Positions 19,934 through 30,598 of a stretch of 64,000 bases of DNA are shown here, piece after piece (the first letter of the stretch is position 1; each line of letters starts with the position of its first letter). The stretch is from an uncultured Gammaproteobacteria bacterium (GTDB taxonomy: Bacteria > Pseudomonadota > Gammaproteobacteria > CAMYKB01). Position numbers and translations under genes: made by a program. The stretch spans positions 120,037-184,036 of the forward strand of contig CAMYKB010000001.1 in NCBI GenBank assembly GCA_947258875.1, given 5' to 3'. Under the pieces are notes generated by a model that worked only from the letters and a program-made list of their open reading frames with translations, was not told the origin of the DNA and ran no database searches.

Positions 19934-22414
19934 ATGAACGCCCTTTCCAGCACCACAGATAATCACACGCCCCCCCTTGACTGCTTTCACTGCGGCCTGC
20001 CAGTTCCCAGGGGCTTTGATGCCAATGTGAGCATCCTTGGCGAAGCACGCCCCATGTGTTGCCACGGATGTAAGGCAGTGGCCAGCGCGATTGTCGACAA
20101 CGGACTGGAAAATTTTTATAAACATCGAACCAAAGCCCCCGAGCGTCCGCAAGATATTGTGCCTGAATTCCTGCAGCAGGCCAGGATATTTGATCATCCC
20201 ACGATACAAAAAAGCTTTGTGCGCAAACTCGACGAGGATATGCTGGAAGCCACGTTACTACTGGAAGGCATAACCTGCGCGGCCTGTGTCTGGCTGAACG
20301 AACACCATATTGCCAACTTGCCAGGGGTGCGCGATGTGCAAATTAATTACGCCACCCGCCGCGCCATGGTGAGTTGGAATAATAATACAATACAACTTAG
20401 CGATATTATCAAGGCAATTGCCGATATCGGTTATCGTGCACACCCTTATGAGCCCAGCCGCCAGCGTGAGCTCTTCGAAAAGGAACGCAAACAACACCTA
20501 TATCGACTGGGTTTAGCCGGGTTACTCGGCATGCAAGTCATGATGATTGCTGTCGCACTCTATGGTGGTGACTGGTGGGGGATGCAGGAAAAGTTTCGCA
20601 GCTTTTTCTACTGGGTGAGTCTGATACTAACTCTGCCGGTAGTGTTGTACTCAGCACAACCGTTTTTTAAATCGGCCTGGCGCGATCTTAAACAGCGACG
20701 CACCGGCATGGACCTGCCGGTTTCGCTTGGTATCCTGGCAGCCTTTACGGCCAGCATCTGGACGACTCTAACTGGTGATGGGCATGTATATTATGACTCG
20801 GTCGTGATGTTCGTATTTTTTCTGTCAGTGACACGTTACCTGGAGTTTATCAGTCGCAGGAAATCATTATTGGCAATTGATACCCTGGTACAGGTTACGC
20901 CTTCTTCGGCGACACGCATCAACCAGGATTCATCGAATACTCACGACACCATACCCGTTGCAGAACTGGTTCCTGACGATCTGGTATTGGTCCGCCCCGG
21001 GGAAACCGTACCTGCAGACGGCGTCATTATCGAGGGTAATTCAGGTATCGATGAATCATTGTTGACAGGCGAGAGCCAACCGCTCCACAAACAAGCCGGC
21101 GATCAACTGATCGGGGGCAGCATCAATATTGAAAGTCCCGTGACGCTACGTATCGAAAAGGTCGGCGAAGATACCGTATTGTCACACATGCGTCGCTTGC
21201 TCGAACGCGCCCAGTATGAAAAGCCTGCGCTTACGCGGCTCGCCGACCGCATTGCCGGTAAATTCATTTTTACAATCCTGATACTCGCCAGTCTGGTGGC
21301 GATATTCTGGTGGCAACATGACCCACAACGTTGGTTCTCCATAACCCTTGCGGTTCTCGTTGCCACCTGTCCCTGCGCACTATCACTGGCGATACCCGCA
21401 GCTACTGCGGCCGCCACCACGGCGTTGACGCGCCTGGGACTTATGACGGCACGCGCTAACGCCCTTGAGACATTGGCGCGCATTACTCATATCGTGTTCG
21501 ACAAAACCGGCACCTTGACCCAAGGTCACATCACACTCAATGACAGCAAAATATTTTCATCATTGAGCAAACAGCAGGCACTGGAATATGCTGCGGCCCT
21601 GGAACAACGCTCTGAACACCCGATTGCTAAAGCATTCCTGGCTGCCGCCGGTAATAATGGATTAAAGGCTGAGGCTATCGTCAACACCCCGGGACATGGC
21701 GTCACAGGACAGATAAAGGGCAGGACTTTCGTCCTGGGAAGCCCTTCCCATGTTCTGCAACATTGCAGCATCAAACCCTCGGTGACACTCGATCAGGTGC
21801 TATCCGGCACAGATACGACCGTGCTACTCGCTGAGCCCGGGCAACTACATGCCGCCTTTCTATTGAGCGATAAATTACGTGACTATGCAGACAAGCTCAT
21901 TGCTATCCTGCAACAATCGGGAATTAATGTGTTGTTGTACAGCGGAGACCGTGACGAAACCACACAGCATATCGGTGAGCAACTTGAGATCACTGACAAT
22001 GCCTATGGAGGCATGACACCATCTGATAAGTTATCCCATATGCGTGTGTTGCAAGAAAACGGCGGTATCGTTGCTATGGTTGGCGACGGCATCAACGACG
22101 CGCCTGTGCTGGCGGGCGCTGACGTGTCTATTGCCATGGGTAACGGTACACACCTGGCGCTCACCAGCGCCGACCTGATCTTGCTAAACGATCAACTACC
22201 GAATATACATCGGGCCCTGCAAATCGCGCGTAAAACGCGGCGCATCGTTCGTCAAAATATCGGCTGGGCAATCGGTTATAATTTGCTCATCCTGCCTGCC
22301 GCAGCAACAGGCCTGATCGCCCCATGGATGGCCGCAATCGGCATGTCATTGAGCTCCTTACTGGTTGTCGCTAACGCCCTGAGACTCAACAACACCCACC
22401 TTCAACAGGTTTAA
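19934..22414 (+). CDS. ccoI: Copper-translocating P1B-type ATPase CcoI/FixI
   Basis: N-terminal Cys-rich metal-binding region (CFHCGLP, CCHGCK), CPC motif in TM6 (ATCPCAL), DKTGT phosphorylation site, GDGINDAP hinge. Confidence 0.88.
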   Translation: MNALSSTTDNHTPPLDCFHCGLPVPRGFDANVSILGEARPMCCHGCKAVASAIVDNGLENFYKHRTKAPERPQDIVPEFLQQARIFDHPTIQKSFVRKLDEDMLEATLLLEGITCAACVWLNEHHIANLPGVRDVQINYATRRAMVSWNNNTIQLSDIIKAIADIGYRAHPYEPSRQRELFEKERKQHLYRLGLAGLLGMQVMMIAVALYGGDWWGMQEKFRSFFYWVSLILTLPVVLYSAQPFFKSAWRDLKQRRTGMDLPVSLGILAAFTASIWTTLTGDGHVYYDSVVMFVFFLSVTRYLEFISRRKSLLAIDTLVQVTPSSATRINQDSSNTHDTIPVAELVPDDLVLVRPGETVPADGVIIEGNSGIDESLLTGESQPLHKQAGDQLIGGSINIESPVTLRIEKVGEDTVLSHMRRLLERAQYEKPALTRLADRIAGKFIFTILILASLVAIFWWQHDPQRWFSITLAVLVATCPCALSLAIPAATAAATTALTRLGLMTARANALETLARITHIVFDKTGTLTQGHITLNDSKIFSSLSKQQALEYAAALEQRSEHPIAKAFLAAAGNNGLKAEAIVNTPGHGVTGQIKGRTFVLGSPSHVLQHCSIKPSVTLDQVLSGTDTTVLLAEPGQLHAAFLLSDKLRDYADKLIAILQQSGINVLLYSGDRDETTQHIGEQLEITDNAYGGMTPSDKLSHMRVLQENGGIVAMVGDGINDAPVLAGADVSIAMGNGTHLALTSADLILLNDQLPNIHRALQIARKTRRIVRQNIGWAIGYNLLILPAAATGLIAPWMAAIGMSLSSLLVVANALRLNNTHLQQV

Positions 22415-22417
22415 ACA

Positions 22418-22633
22418 ATGGAAGTACTCTATCTGCTGGTTCCTTTAGCCCTGGCACTCATCATACTCATCGTGGTAATCCTTATATGGGCGGTTCGTTC
22501 GGGGCAATACGATGATCTGGAAGGTCCCGCACATCGAATACTGATGGATGATGATGCGCCTCACGATTGCGCATCGCCCACGGCCAGCGACCCAAAAGAC
22601 GAGGAAAACAGCAATCAACCCGGGCCACCATAG
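22418..22633 (+). CDS. ccoS: cbb3 oxidase maturation protein CcoS/FixS
   Basis: 71 aa with a single TM helix (LVPLALALIILIVVILIWAV) directly after ccoI. Confidence 0.7.
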   Translation: MEVLYLLVPLALALIILIVVILIWAVRSGQYDDLEGPAHRILMDDDAPHDCASPTASDPKDEENSNQPGPP

Positions 22634-22878
22634 CCCTCCTGTGCAGTATCCCTGCGCTCACTGATCCCCTTGAAATTCAATATATTAGCGATATTTTCGC
22701 GCTCTACGCAAAGAATATTCTATCCCCTGCACGCTCTTGTGTTGATCAATGTTAAAAATTGTGACATTGCCGCAGCCGTCAGCACGGACACAACAACTGG
22801 GTTATCATCGTTGCAACCTAAGCAATACAATTATTGGGAACCGATTGCGCACATCAATAACAAGCAATCCATATATCA

Positions 22879-24273
22879 TTGACATCCAACACACGCCTTA
22901 TTCTGAAATCAATGGATGCATACCCGCTAAATGCATCGTTCTATGACGATGAAATCGACGCCGAAGAAATTCGCCTACTCTACCGGAATATGCCAACGAG
23001 CCTGTTGGCTAACCTGGTTACATCTGCCCTGGTTGCTATCGTCTTATGGGGCCAAATCGAGCACACATACCTGCTTGCATGGTTCGTTGCACTACTCGCA
23101 ACACTCGGCGTACGCTACGTATTCCTGACAAAATACCGAAATGATGAGTCGGCGCAAAGCCTTCCATCGTGGAGATCGCGATTTATCCTCGGCGCCATGC
23201 TAACCGGAATAGCCTGGGGTATGACGATACTATTTCTTCTGACAATAGACTCGAACATCTACGATATGTTTATCGTCATAGTGCTCGCGGGTCTTGCCGG
23301 TGGCAGCGCAGCGAGCTTCTTTTATGTGCCCAGAAGCTACTACGCATTCGCAACTCCGACACTGCTTCCATTATCGATAGTTTTTATGTTTAGCGGCCAG
23401 CTTCCTTATATCGTAACCGGAATTTTGTTGATTGTTTTTTATTTATTTCTTATCGTCAACGTCAAACGCAGTCAACGCGCATTCCATTCAATCCTGAAAC
23501 TCCAATATCAGAATACCCATTTGATAGATAATTTGACGCTCGCAAAAGACGATGCTGAACAGGCAAGTGAGGCAAAATCTGAGTTTCTGTCCAGTATGAG
23601 CCACGAATTTCGCACCCCATTAAGCGTTATGTTGGGGCACGCGCAATTACTCGATCAGGACTCTTCCAGCCTGCTGAGCGAACAGCAAAAAAGCAGCGTA
23701 GCACGCATCATTGACAATGGCTGGCGGCTCCTCAAAATAGTCAATAAAACTCTGGATCTCACCGAGATCAATAATGGAAAACTAGATCTGAATATCGAAC
23801 CGGTCGATATGCACGATGTGGTAGACGAATGCCTGCAACAAATCAAAGCACAAGTCGATAAGAGAAACATCCGAATCTCTCTGGAAAATGCTGGGAAAAA
23901 TCTTCCACTTGTGTCCGCGGACCGCCACCAACTGAAGCGTGTTCTGGATGCATTACTTGAAAACGCCATACAGTATAATGTCGATGGCGGCAGTATTAAT
24001 TTCAGCTGCCAGCAAAACGATGAACACCGGTTATGCATTCATATCACCAACAGCGGTGAATGCATCGCAGCGGAAGACCAGGAAAAATTATTCCAGCCTT
24101 TCGAGCGTCTCGGCGCAACCAAATCGAATATCAGCGGAGCGGGGATCGGGCTGGTGATATGTAAACGCCTACTGGACATCATGGATGGTAATATCGCTTT
24201 TGAAAAAAGCAGTCCTGATGAAGGCACCACATTCCGTATAGAGCTTACTATCTGGGAAACAGCCAGAAAATAG
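22879..24273 (+). CDS. Membrane sensor histidine kinase
   Basis: Multiple N-terminal TM helices, H-box SHEFRTPL, N/G1/G2 ATPase boxes. No cognate response regulator is adjacent. Confidence 0.8.
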   Translation: MTSNTRLILKSMDAYPLNASFYDDEIDAEEIRLLYRNMPTSLLANLVTSALVAIVLWGQIEHTYLLAWFVALLATLGVRYVFLTKYRNDESAQSLPSWRSRFILGAMLTGIAWGMTILFLLTIDSNIYDMFIVIVLAGLAGGSAASFFYVPRSYYAFATPTLLPLSIVFMFSGQLPYIVTGILLIVFYLFLIVNVKRSQRAFHSILKLQYQNTHLIDNLTLAKDDAEQASEAKSEFLSSMSHEFRTPLSVMLGHAQLLDQDSSSLLSEQQKSSVARIIDNGWRLLKIVNKTLDLTEINNGKLDLNIEPVDMHDVVDECLQQIKAQVDKRNIRISLENAGKNLPLVSADRHQLKRVLDALLENAIQYNVDGGSINFSCQQNDEHRLCIHITNSGECIAAEDQEKLFQPFERLGATKSNISGAGIGLVICKRLLDIMDGNIAFEKSSPDEGTTFRIELTIWETARK

Positions 24274-24287
24274 CAGGTAATACCAAT

Positions 24288-24321
24288 AAAAAAAGAGGCG
24301 TCATTAAGCGCCTCTTTTTTT
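24288..24321. terminator. Bidirectional rho-independent terminator between the convergent sensor-kinase and hdrB genes
   Basis: aaaaaagaggcgtcattaagcgcctcttttttt: a 7-bp GC stem flanked by an A-run and a T-run. Confidence 0.6.
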
Positions 24322-24344
24322 ATTAACGCAAAAAAGACCAGGGC

Positions 24345-25244
24345 TTACTTATTGGCAATGTCTTCCAATTGTTTGGCGCGGATGATTTGCCCGCCCAACG
24401 CTGAATCCTTAGCGCTGCGGCCATAGGCTACACTCATCAGCGTGCTGTAGTAGGTCACCGGTATATGGAACTTGGTGCCGTATTTGGCATTGATCTTGTC
24501 CTGGTAGACTTCGACGTTCATCTGACATACCGGGCAAGGTGTAACAATCATATCTGCACCGCCATCATAGGCCGACTCAATGATCTCTTTGATCAACGCC
24601 TGACTCTTTTCGGGCTCAGAGAAGGCCAATGCGCCACCGCAACAGGACACCTTCTTCTCATAGTTTTCTACCGGCTCAGCACCCAGGGTCTCAACCAGCT
24701 TGTCGAGGTATTTGGGATTTTCAAACGACTCACCTTCTATACCGAAGGGTCGGTTGGTCTGACAACCAACATAGCCGGCGATCTTGATACCTTCCAGCGG
24801 TTTTTTGACATGCTTGCCAAGCTCCTCATAACCGAAGTCATCGATTAGCACCTCAACCATATGGCGGATCTTGTTTTCATTCTTGAACGTCAATCCAGCT
24901 TCTGCCAACGCCTGATTGGTTTCGGCCATCAGGTCATCGTCTTCACCAAGGCGTTCAGCTGTCTCACGTGTTGCGAGCCAGCAAGCAGCGCATGTAGCGA
25001 CCACATCCTGCCCCGGATTATGTTCTTCCGACAGCGCCAGGTTGCGTGCTGACAGGGTCAGACGCGGTAACTCGCCACCACCACAATATCCAATGGAGGC
25101 AGAACAACAGTTCCAGTCTGGAATGGTGTTGAGCTTGACGTCCAGTTCTTCACACATAGACTCGACCGAGACCAGATAATTGGAAGAGGACGCGCCCTCC
25201 TGTGAAGAGCAGCCCGGGTAAAATGAATATTCTTTAGTCGCCAT
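24345..25244 (-). CDS. hdrB: HdrB-like heterodisulfide reductase subunit (two CCG domains)
   Basis: Cysteine-rich CCG-type motifs (NCCSASIGYCGGG, SCCGGALAFS, CPVC). Confidence 0.8.
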   Translation of the reverse strand: MATKEYSFYPGCSSQEGASSSNYLVSVESMCEELDVKLNTIPDWNCCSASIGYCGGGELPRLTLSARNLALSEEHNPGQDVVATCAACWLATRETAERLGEDDDLMAETNQALAEAGLTFKNENKIRHMVEVLIDDFGYEELGKHVKKPLEGIKIAGYVGCQTNRPFGIEGESFENPKYLDKLVETLGAEPVENYEKKVSCCGGALAFSEPEKSQALIKEIIESAYDGGADMIVTPCPVCQMNVEVYQDKINAKYGTKFHIPVTYYSTLMSVAYGRSAKDSALGGQIIRAKQLEDIANK

Positions 25245-25262
25245 TAGTCTGTCCTCTCAGGC

Positions 25263-25895
25263 CTATGAACCTTTGCCATACTTTTCGACACGTGCCGCTT
25301 CGATTTCTTCGGCCTTCTTGAGCATCGCATGGAAACCCTTGGTATCTTTGACGCTGTGCCCACCAATCATTTCCATCGGACTCATGCGCTTGGTCTTCAG
25401 CATGCCGAGGCCAATACCCGCCATATTGAGCGATGTTTTGATACCTTCAACCAAACCATTCATGAAGTACAGACTCAGACCCAGCTTAAGTTCATTGACG
25501 CGCCCTTTCTTCACCAGGTTGTTCCAGAAGTGCTGGGAAAACTTAAACGTCGGCTGCTCCTTGGGCGCTAACCCTAAGCGTTTCGCGTAATGCGCCAGGC
25601 CGTGCATGATGTGGGTGATCGGCAGTTCACGCGGGCAACGCACAATGCAGTTGTAGCATGAGGTACACATCCACATCGAAGTAGATGTCAGCACTTCCTC
25701 GCGCTTGCCGGCACGAATCATCATAAACAGTTCCTGCGGGGGATGATCCCAATAGGGCCCAAGCGGACAGGAACCGGAGCACACACCGCACTGCATGCAC
25801 ATCTTCACCCAATCGCCTTCTTCGACGTTATGCTCGACTTCTTTAAGGAAGTTATTGCGGTAACGCTCGACCATGGCAACGTTCATATCACTCAT
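25263..25895 (-). CDS. hdrC: HdrC-like heterodisulfide reductase subunit (2x[4Fe-4S])
   Basis: CMQCGVCSGSCP and CTSCYNCIVRCP ferredoxin motifs. Confidence 0.8.
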   Translation of the reverse strand: MSDMNVAMVERYRNNFLKEVEHNVEEGDWVKMCMQCGVCSGSCPLGPYWDHPPQELFMMIRAGKREEVLTSTSMWMCTSCYNCIVRCPRELPITHIMHGLAHYAKRLGLAPKEQPTFKFSQHFWNNLVKKGRVNELKLGLSLYFMNGLVEGIKTSLNMAGIGLGMLKTKRMSPMEMIGGHSVKDTKGFHAMLKKAEEIEAARVEKYGKGS

Positions 25896-25905
25896 CGCAC
25901 CACTC

Positions 25906-28164
25906 CTAGAACTTGAACGGGCTCATGCCGATCTTCTCGATCGTCTCAGCCATCTCATTGATTAATTTCGGTGCACGCTGCACATCGGTGATCGCCACCT
26001 CGTAGGTCATGACACGTTCGGTCTCAAGATTGAGTTGTTGCAACGTATCATCGATTTTGCTCATCCGCGTATGCGCCAACTCGGAACCCTTCACGAAGTG
26101 ACATTGATAGTCATCGCCCTTCTGACAGCCCATCAATATCACACCGTCGTAGCCGCTATTCAAGGCATCGGTCACCCAGATGGTATTGACCGAACCCAGG
26201 CAACGCACGGGGATCACGCGTACAAACGCGCTGTATTCAATGTGGTTCTGACCCGCCATATCAAGTGCCGGATAGGCATCGTTTTCACAGGCCAGCACCA
26301 GGATGCGCGGTTTCTCATCAAATTCGTCGGGCATATCAACATTCTTGATCTGCGCGCCGACCGTATCCACTGAATAGTTTTCAAATGAGATTACACGCAC
26401 CGGACAGGCGCCCATACAGGTACCACAACGACGGCAGCGTGATTCATTAAACGTCGGATATCGTTCTTCGTCCTCATTGATGGCGCCAAACGGGCACTCC
26501 ACGGTGCAACGTTTACACTGCGTACAACCTTCTTTACGAAACGTTGGGTAACTCAAGTCGCCGGAACGCGGATGCGCCGCACGACCCTTGCCGGCATTTT
26601 CCACTGCATGGATGGCCTTCATGGCAGCACCTGTGGCGTCTTCACGCGCTTGCGCAATATCCATCGGACGGCGTACGGGGCCGGCGGTATAAATACCGGT
26701 GCGGCGCGTCTCATACGGGAAACAGATAAAGTGTGAATCGGTAAACCCATGCACCAATTGCGGGACATCGCTCCCTTGCCGGTAATCCAGGTTCAGAATC
26801 GACTCAACGTCAACAGTGGCGACCACATCACCTTTATCAGCCTCTTCGCCTTCTTCCTCCTCAGCAGCCGCAGCCTTCTCGGCCGCATAGGGATCAACAC
26901 CGGAGTTAGGCAGCATGCCAGTAGCCAACACCACCAGGTCAGCCTGAATCGCCGTATCTTCATCCAGGATCAGGTCCTTGAACTTGACCGTGTGGCCATC
27001 GCTACCGGGCTCAACCTCGCTGACCACGCCTTTTGTGAATACCACCCCTTTCTGCTGGCCGCTGCGGTAGAAGTCTTCGCCGCCGGAACCGGGTGTACGC
27101 AAATCTGTAAAGATCACTGTGGTGTCAATACCGGCGTTCGCATCTTTAAAATACATCGCCTGCTTAATACTGGCGTTGCAACAAAAACCTGAGCAGTAAG
27201 ATAAATGCCCTTCCTTATCACTACGCTGACCGGCACATTGCACGAACACGACCTCGGAAATCTCTTTACCATCAGACGGCCGTTTAACAGCATCTCCATT
27301 GGCTGCCTTCACCAGGTCCTCGAGTTCGGCCTGGGTGACCACGTCCGGGGTCTTGCCATAGGCAAATTCTGGTAACTGGTTGGCGTCGTAGGGCTTAAAA
27401 CCACTGGCTTGGATAACGGCACCGACCTGGATCGTGCTAGTGGAACCACTTTCGGTGGCGATCTCCACATCAAAACGTCCCGGCGCACCCTCCGTTTTGG
27501 CCACCGTTGAATTAAGGCATACGGTGACATTGCTGTTGGCTTCGATCTCGGCAATCAGATCAGCGACTTCAGTCTCCGCAGGGTTCGCGTAGGGTGAACG
27601 CGTGGGGATCTTTTTCGCCAGCCGGCCAGCCATACCGCCCAGCTGCCCCGTCTTCTCAACGATGGTTGCCGGGTAACCTGCCTTGGCAGCTTCCAGGGCA
27701 GCGGTCATCCCCGTGATGCCACCACCCACGACCAGCAAATGTTTGTTCAACGATTGCTCGTCGCTGGGTTTTGGAGCATGCATATGCTTGGCCTCGAAGC
27801 AGGCCATGCGGATATAGTCATCCGCCATTTCCTGCGTGGTCTCGCGGGCCTCGTCGGTATCGGGCCGCACCCAGATCACGCCTTCACGCAGATTGGCGCG
27901 TGATACTGCAATGTCCTGGAAATTAAACGCCTCGTTCTTGGCGCGGCGTGAACAGGCAGCTATCACTGCGTTGCTGACCTCACCAGCGTCGATATCAGCC
28001 TGAATCATGTCAACGCCTGCTTGACTGCACAAGAAGTCGTGCGTCTTGGCATAGGTAGCTTTGCCTTCACGCGTTGCGATCATTTCCATCTGGCTGGCAT
28101 CAAGGCGGTCACCTATGCCGCAACCTGTGCAGATATAAGTACCCATTTTCATTTCGTCTGCCAC
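25906..28164 (-). CDS. qmoB: Quinone-interacting membrane-bound oxidoreductase subunit QmoB (HdrA-like flavoprotein with C-terminal MvhD-like domain)
   Basis: 752 aa with FAD-binding VVGGGITGMTAA, Fe-S Cys clusters, and a C-terminal MvhD-like segment (ILVLACENDAY...ILMGCQKGDDYQCHF). Confidence 0.85.
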   Translation of the reverse strand: MADEMKMGTYICTGCGIGDRLDASQMEMIATREGKATYAKTHDFLCSQAGVDMIQADIDAGEVSNAVIAACSRRAKNEAFNFQDIAVSRANLREGVIWVRPDTDEARETTQEMADDYIRMACFEAKHMHAPKPSDEQSLNKHLLVVGGGITGMTAALEAAKAGYPATIVEKTGQLGGMAGRLAKKIPTRSPYANPAETEVADLIAEIEANSNVTVCLNSTVAKTEGAPGRFDVEIATESGSTSTIQVGAVIQASGFKPYDANQLPEFAYGKTPDVVTQAELEDLVKAANGDAVKRPSDGKEISEVVFVQCAGQRSDKEGHLSYCSGFCCNASIKQAMYFKDANAGIDTTVIFTDLRTPGSGGEDFYRSGQQKGVVFTKGVVSEVEPGSDGHTVKFKDLILDEDTAIQADLVVLATGMLPNSGVDPYAAEKAAAAEEEEGEEADKGDVVATVDVESILNLDYRQGSDVPQLVHGFTDSHFICFPYETRRTGIYTAGPVRRPMDIAQAREDATGAAMKAIHAVENAGKGRAAHPRSGDLSYPTFRKEGCTQCKRCTVECPFGAINEDEERYPTFNESRCRRCGTCMGACPVRVISFENYSVDTVGAQIKNVDMPDEFDEKPRILVLACENDAYPALDMAGQNHIEYSAFVRVIPVRCLGSVNTIWVTDALNSGYDGVILMGCQKGDDYQCHFVKGSELAHTRMSKIDDTLQQLNLETERVMTYEVAITDVQRAPKLINEMAETIEKIGMSPFKF

Positions 28165-28166
28165 GA

Positions 28167-29453
28167 TTAACCCTCCGTACCCGCAACGCGGTTAACAATC
28201 TGAATAGCACGCAACGCACTGGCAGTCGCATGTTGCACCGCGCGGTTCACATCCAAGGCATCAGACGCCGAGCCTGCCGCAAAAATACCGCCATTGGCAT
28301 CGTCCGGTTCGATAAAGCCGTCCTGATTAATTACAATATCAACCGGGAAGTTGTCTTTATCAACGCTGGGCTCCATACCAACGGCCAGCACAACCAGGTC
28401 ATGCGCTTCGGCATAGCGGTTATAGCCTTCGGTATCGACCCCGTGACACACCGGGTTGCCGCTAGCCTTGTCTTCTTCGATCTTGGCAACCTTGGACTTC
28501 ACGAACTTCACCTTAGGGTCATCCTGGACCTTCTTGTAAAAGTCCTCGAAGCGATCTATGGCGCGGATATCGATGTAATAGATCGTCACCTGACCATCAT
28601 CACTGTACTTTTCTCGGATATAGGTGCTCTGTTTGAGTGACGCCATACAGCAGATGCGCGAGCAATGCCGTAGGTGATTACGATCGCGCGAGCCGGCGCA
28701 TTGGATGAAGGCGACATTCTTGGCCTCTTTGCCATCCGAGGGGCGCACCAGCTTGCCACCAGTGGGGCCGAAGGGATCCATCATACGTTCCAACTCGACG
28801 CTGGTAATGACATTATCGATACGGTCATAGCCATAGGGCTGGATTTTGCCGGCATCATAGGGGCGCCAACCGGTCGCCCAAACCACAGCGCCGGCTTTCA
28901 ATTCGATGGTCTCTTCCTGCATGTCGAGATCAATCGCACCGTATTTACAAGCCTCTTTGGCCTTGTCGGCATCGGCTGTACCAATGACGCGTGGATCGAG
29001 CACATAACGCTGCGGATGCGCCATATTATAGGGCAGATAGGCGCCCTTGCGCTTGTCCATGTCATAGTTGAACTCGTTATCGAACTCGGCCTCTACAGCA
29101 TCCGCGCAGGCACCACAGCCCGTACAATTCTCGTTCACATAGCGGGGACTGATTTTGATAATCGCCGTGTAATCACCCGTGCTACCGGCAATATCGGTCA
29201 CCTCCGCCATAGTAACGATACTGAGATTAGCGTTCGCCTTCATACGACGCTGGTTGATCTCCAGGCCGCAGGTCGGGAAACAGAGTTTGGGAAAATATTT
29301 ATAGAGTTGGGTAATACGCCCACCTATAAAAGGACGCTTTTCAACCAATACCACATCTTTACCGGTTTCGGCGGCCTCGAGTGCAGCGGTAATCCCGCTA
29401 ATACCCCCACCGACAACCAGTATTGTCTGGTTGGTTGCGACTATATCCGTCAT
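28167..29453 (-). CDS. qmoA: Quinone-interacting membrane-bound oxidoreductase subunit QmoA (HdrA-like flavoprotein)
   Basis: FAD-binding VVGGGISGITAA and an HdrA-type Cys motif (CTGCGACAD). Translationally coupled to qmoB with a 2-bp gap. Confidence 0.85.
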   Translation of the reverse strand: MTDIVATNQTILVVGGGISGITAALEAAETGKDVVLVEKRPFIGGRITQLYKYFPKLCFPTCGLEINQRRMKANANLSIVTMAEVTDIAGSTGDYTAIIKISPRYVNENCTGCGACADAVEAEFDNEFNYDMDKRKGAYLPYNMAHPQRYVLDPRVIGTADADKAKEACKYGAIDLDMQEETIELKAGAVVWATGWRPYDAGKIQPYGYDRIDNVITSVELERMMDPFGPTGGKLVRPSDGKEAKNVAFIQCAGSRDRNHLRHCSRICCMASLKQSTYIREKYSDDGQVTIYYIDIRAIDRFEDFYKKVQDDPKVKFVKSKVAKIEEDKASGNPVCHGVDTEGYNRYAEAHDLVVLAVGMEPSVDKDNFPVDIVINQDGFIEPDDANGGIFAAGSASDALDVNRAVQHATASALRAIQIVNRVAGTEG

Positions 29454-29782
29454 GGATATCCTCCATCGAGCTTGGGAAATTTCAGATGCGCCAAGGTGCG
29501 CGTTATTATCATTTTATATCTAGAGCGACGGCCCACAATTTGATCAGGCGCAACAAATGTCCACGGCCAATGGGCCGGAACCAATATAACCAAAAAAGAT
29601 ACCCTTAATCGTCACGTTAAGCCAGCGCTTTTAATGGCAAGCATAGATAGAGATTTCGTATGCGCAAATAGAATGAGCGTATATCCACTCGAATTGGAGT
29701 GAATAAACTGCCAGCTTGCCAAAATCCGGCCAGCACTGTAAGTTTTGATCGCATTCAATACCCCACAATCGGTCAAGTAATT

Positions 29783-30595
29783 ATGAAGGCTCGCGCACTC
29801 AAACCCGAAGAATACATCATCGAGGATGAACCCTATTATGAGCCGGTAGGACACGAAATCGAGGTCTTTGATGCCGCCTACAACAACCAGCTGCCCGTGC
29901 TCCTCAAAGGCCCCACGGGTTGTGGTAAAACCCGTTTCATGGAATACATGGGCTGGCGCCTGAAGCGCCCACTGATCACCGTTTCCTGCCACGACGACCT
30001 CACCGCCTCCGACCTTGTCGGTCGCTACCTCGTCACCGGCGGCGAAACCGTCTGGGTCGATGGCCCGCTGGCTCGCGCGGTACGTAGTGGCAGCATCTGC
30101 TACCTCGACGAAGTCGTCGAAGCCCGCAAGGACACCACCGTCGTCATCCACCCCCTGTGCGACGACCGCCGCGTATTACCCATGGAAAAACTCGGTGAAT
30201 TATTGGAAGCCTCCCCCGAATTCTGTATGGCCATCTCCTATAACCCCGGTTACCAAAGCGTGCTCAAAGATCTCAAACAAAGCACACGCCAACGCTTCGT
30301 GGCACTCGAATTCGACTACCCCAACGCAGCCGTCGAACAAAAAATCATCGAAACCGAAACCGGCGTCGACACCAACACCGCCAAACAACTCGTCAAATTC
30401 GCCCACATGACCCGCAACCTCAAAGGCAACGGCCTCGACGAAGGCGCAAGCACGCGCCTGTTGGTGCATGCCGGTAAGTTGATTATCTCAGGTGTTGATC
30501 CGGTGACGTCGTGTAGCAGTGCAATTGCGCAGGCCTTGACGGATGATGCGGAGATGTTGACGGCGGTGAATGAATTGAGCTCATCGGTGTTTTGA
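29783..30595 (+). CDS. cbbQ: MoxR-type AAA+ ATPase of the CbbQ/NorQ family
   Basis: Walker A GPTGCGKT, Walker B ICYLDEV, very high similarity to CbbQ/NorQ along the whole length. Assignment as CbbQ versus NorQ is ambiguous because neither RuBisCO nor NOR genes are in the window. Confidence 0.75.
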   Translation: MKARALKPEEYIIEDEPYYEPVGHEIEVFDAAYNNQLPVLLKGPTGCGKTRFMEYMGWRLKRPLITVSCHDDLTASDLVGRYLVTGGETVWVDGPLARAVRSGSICYLDEVVEARKDTTVVIHPLCDDRRVLPMEKLGELLEASPEFCMAISYNPGYQSVLKDLKQSTRQRFVALEFDYPNAAVEQKIIETETGVDTNTAKQLVKFAHMTRNLKGNGLDEGASTRLLVHAGKLIISGVDPVTSCSSAIAQALTDDAEMLTAVNELSSSVF

Positions 30596-30598
30596 GTT

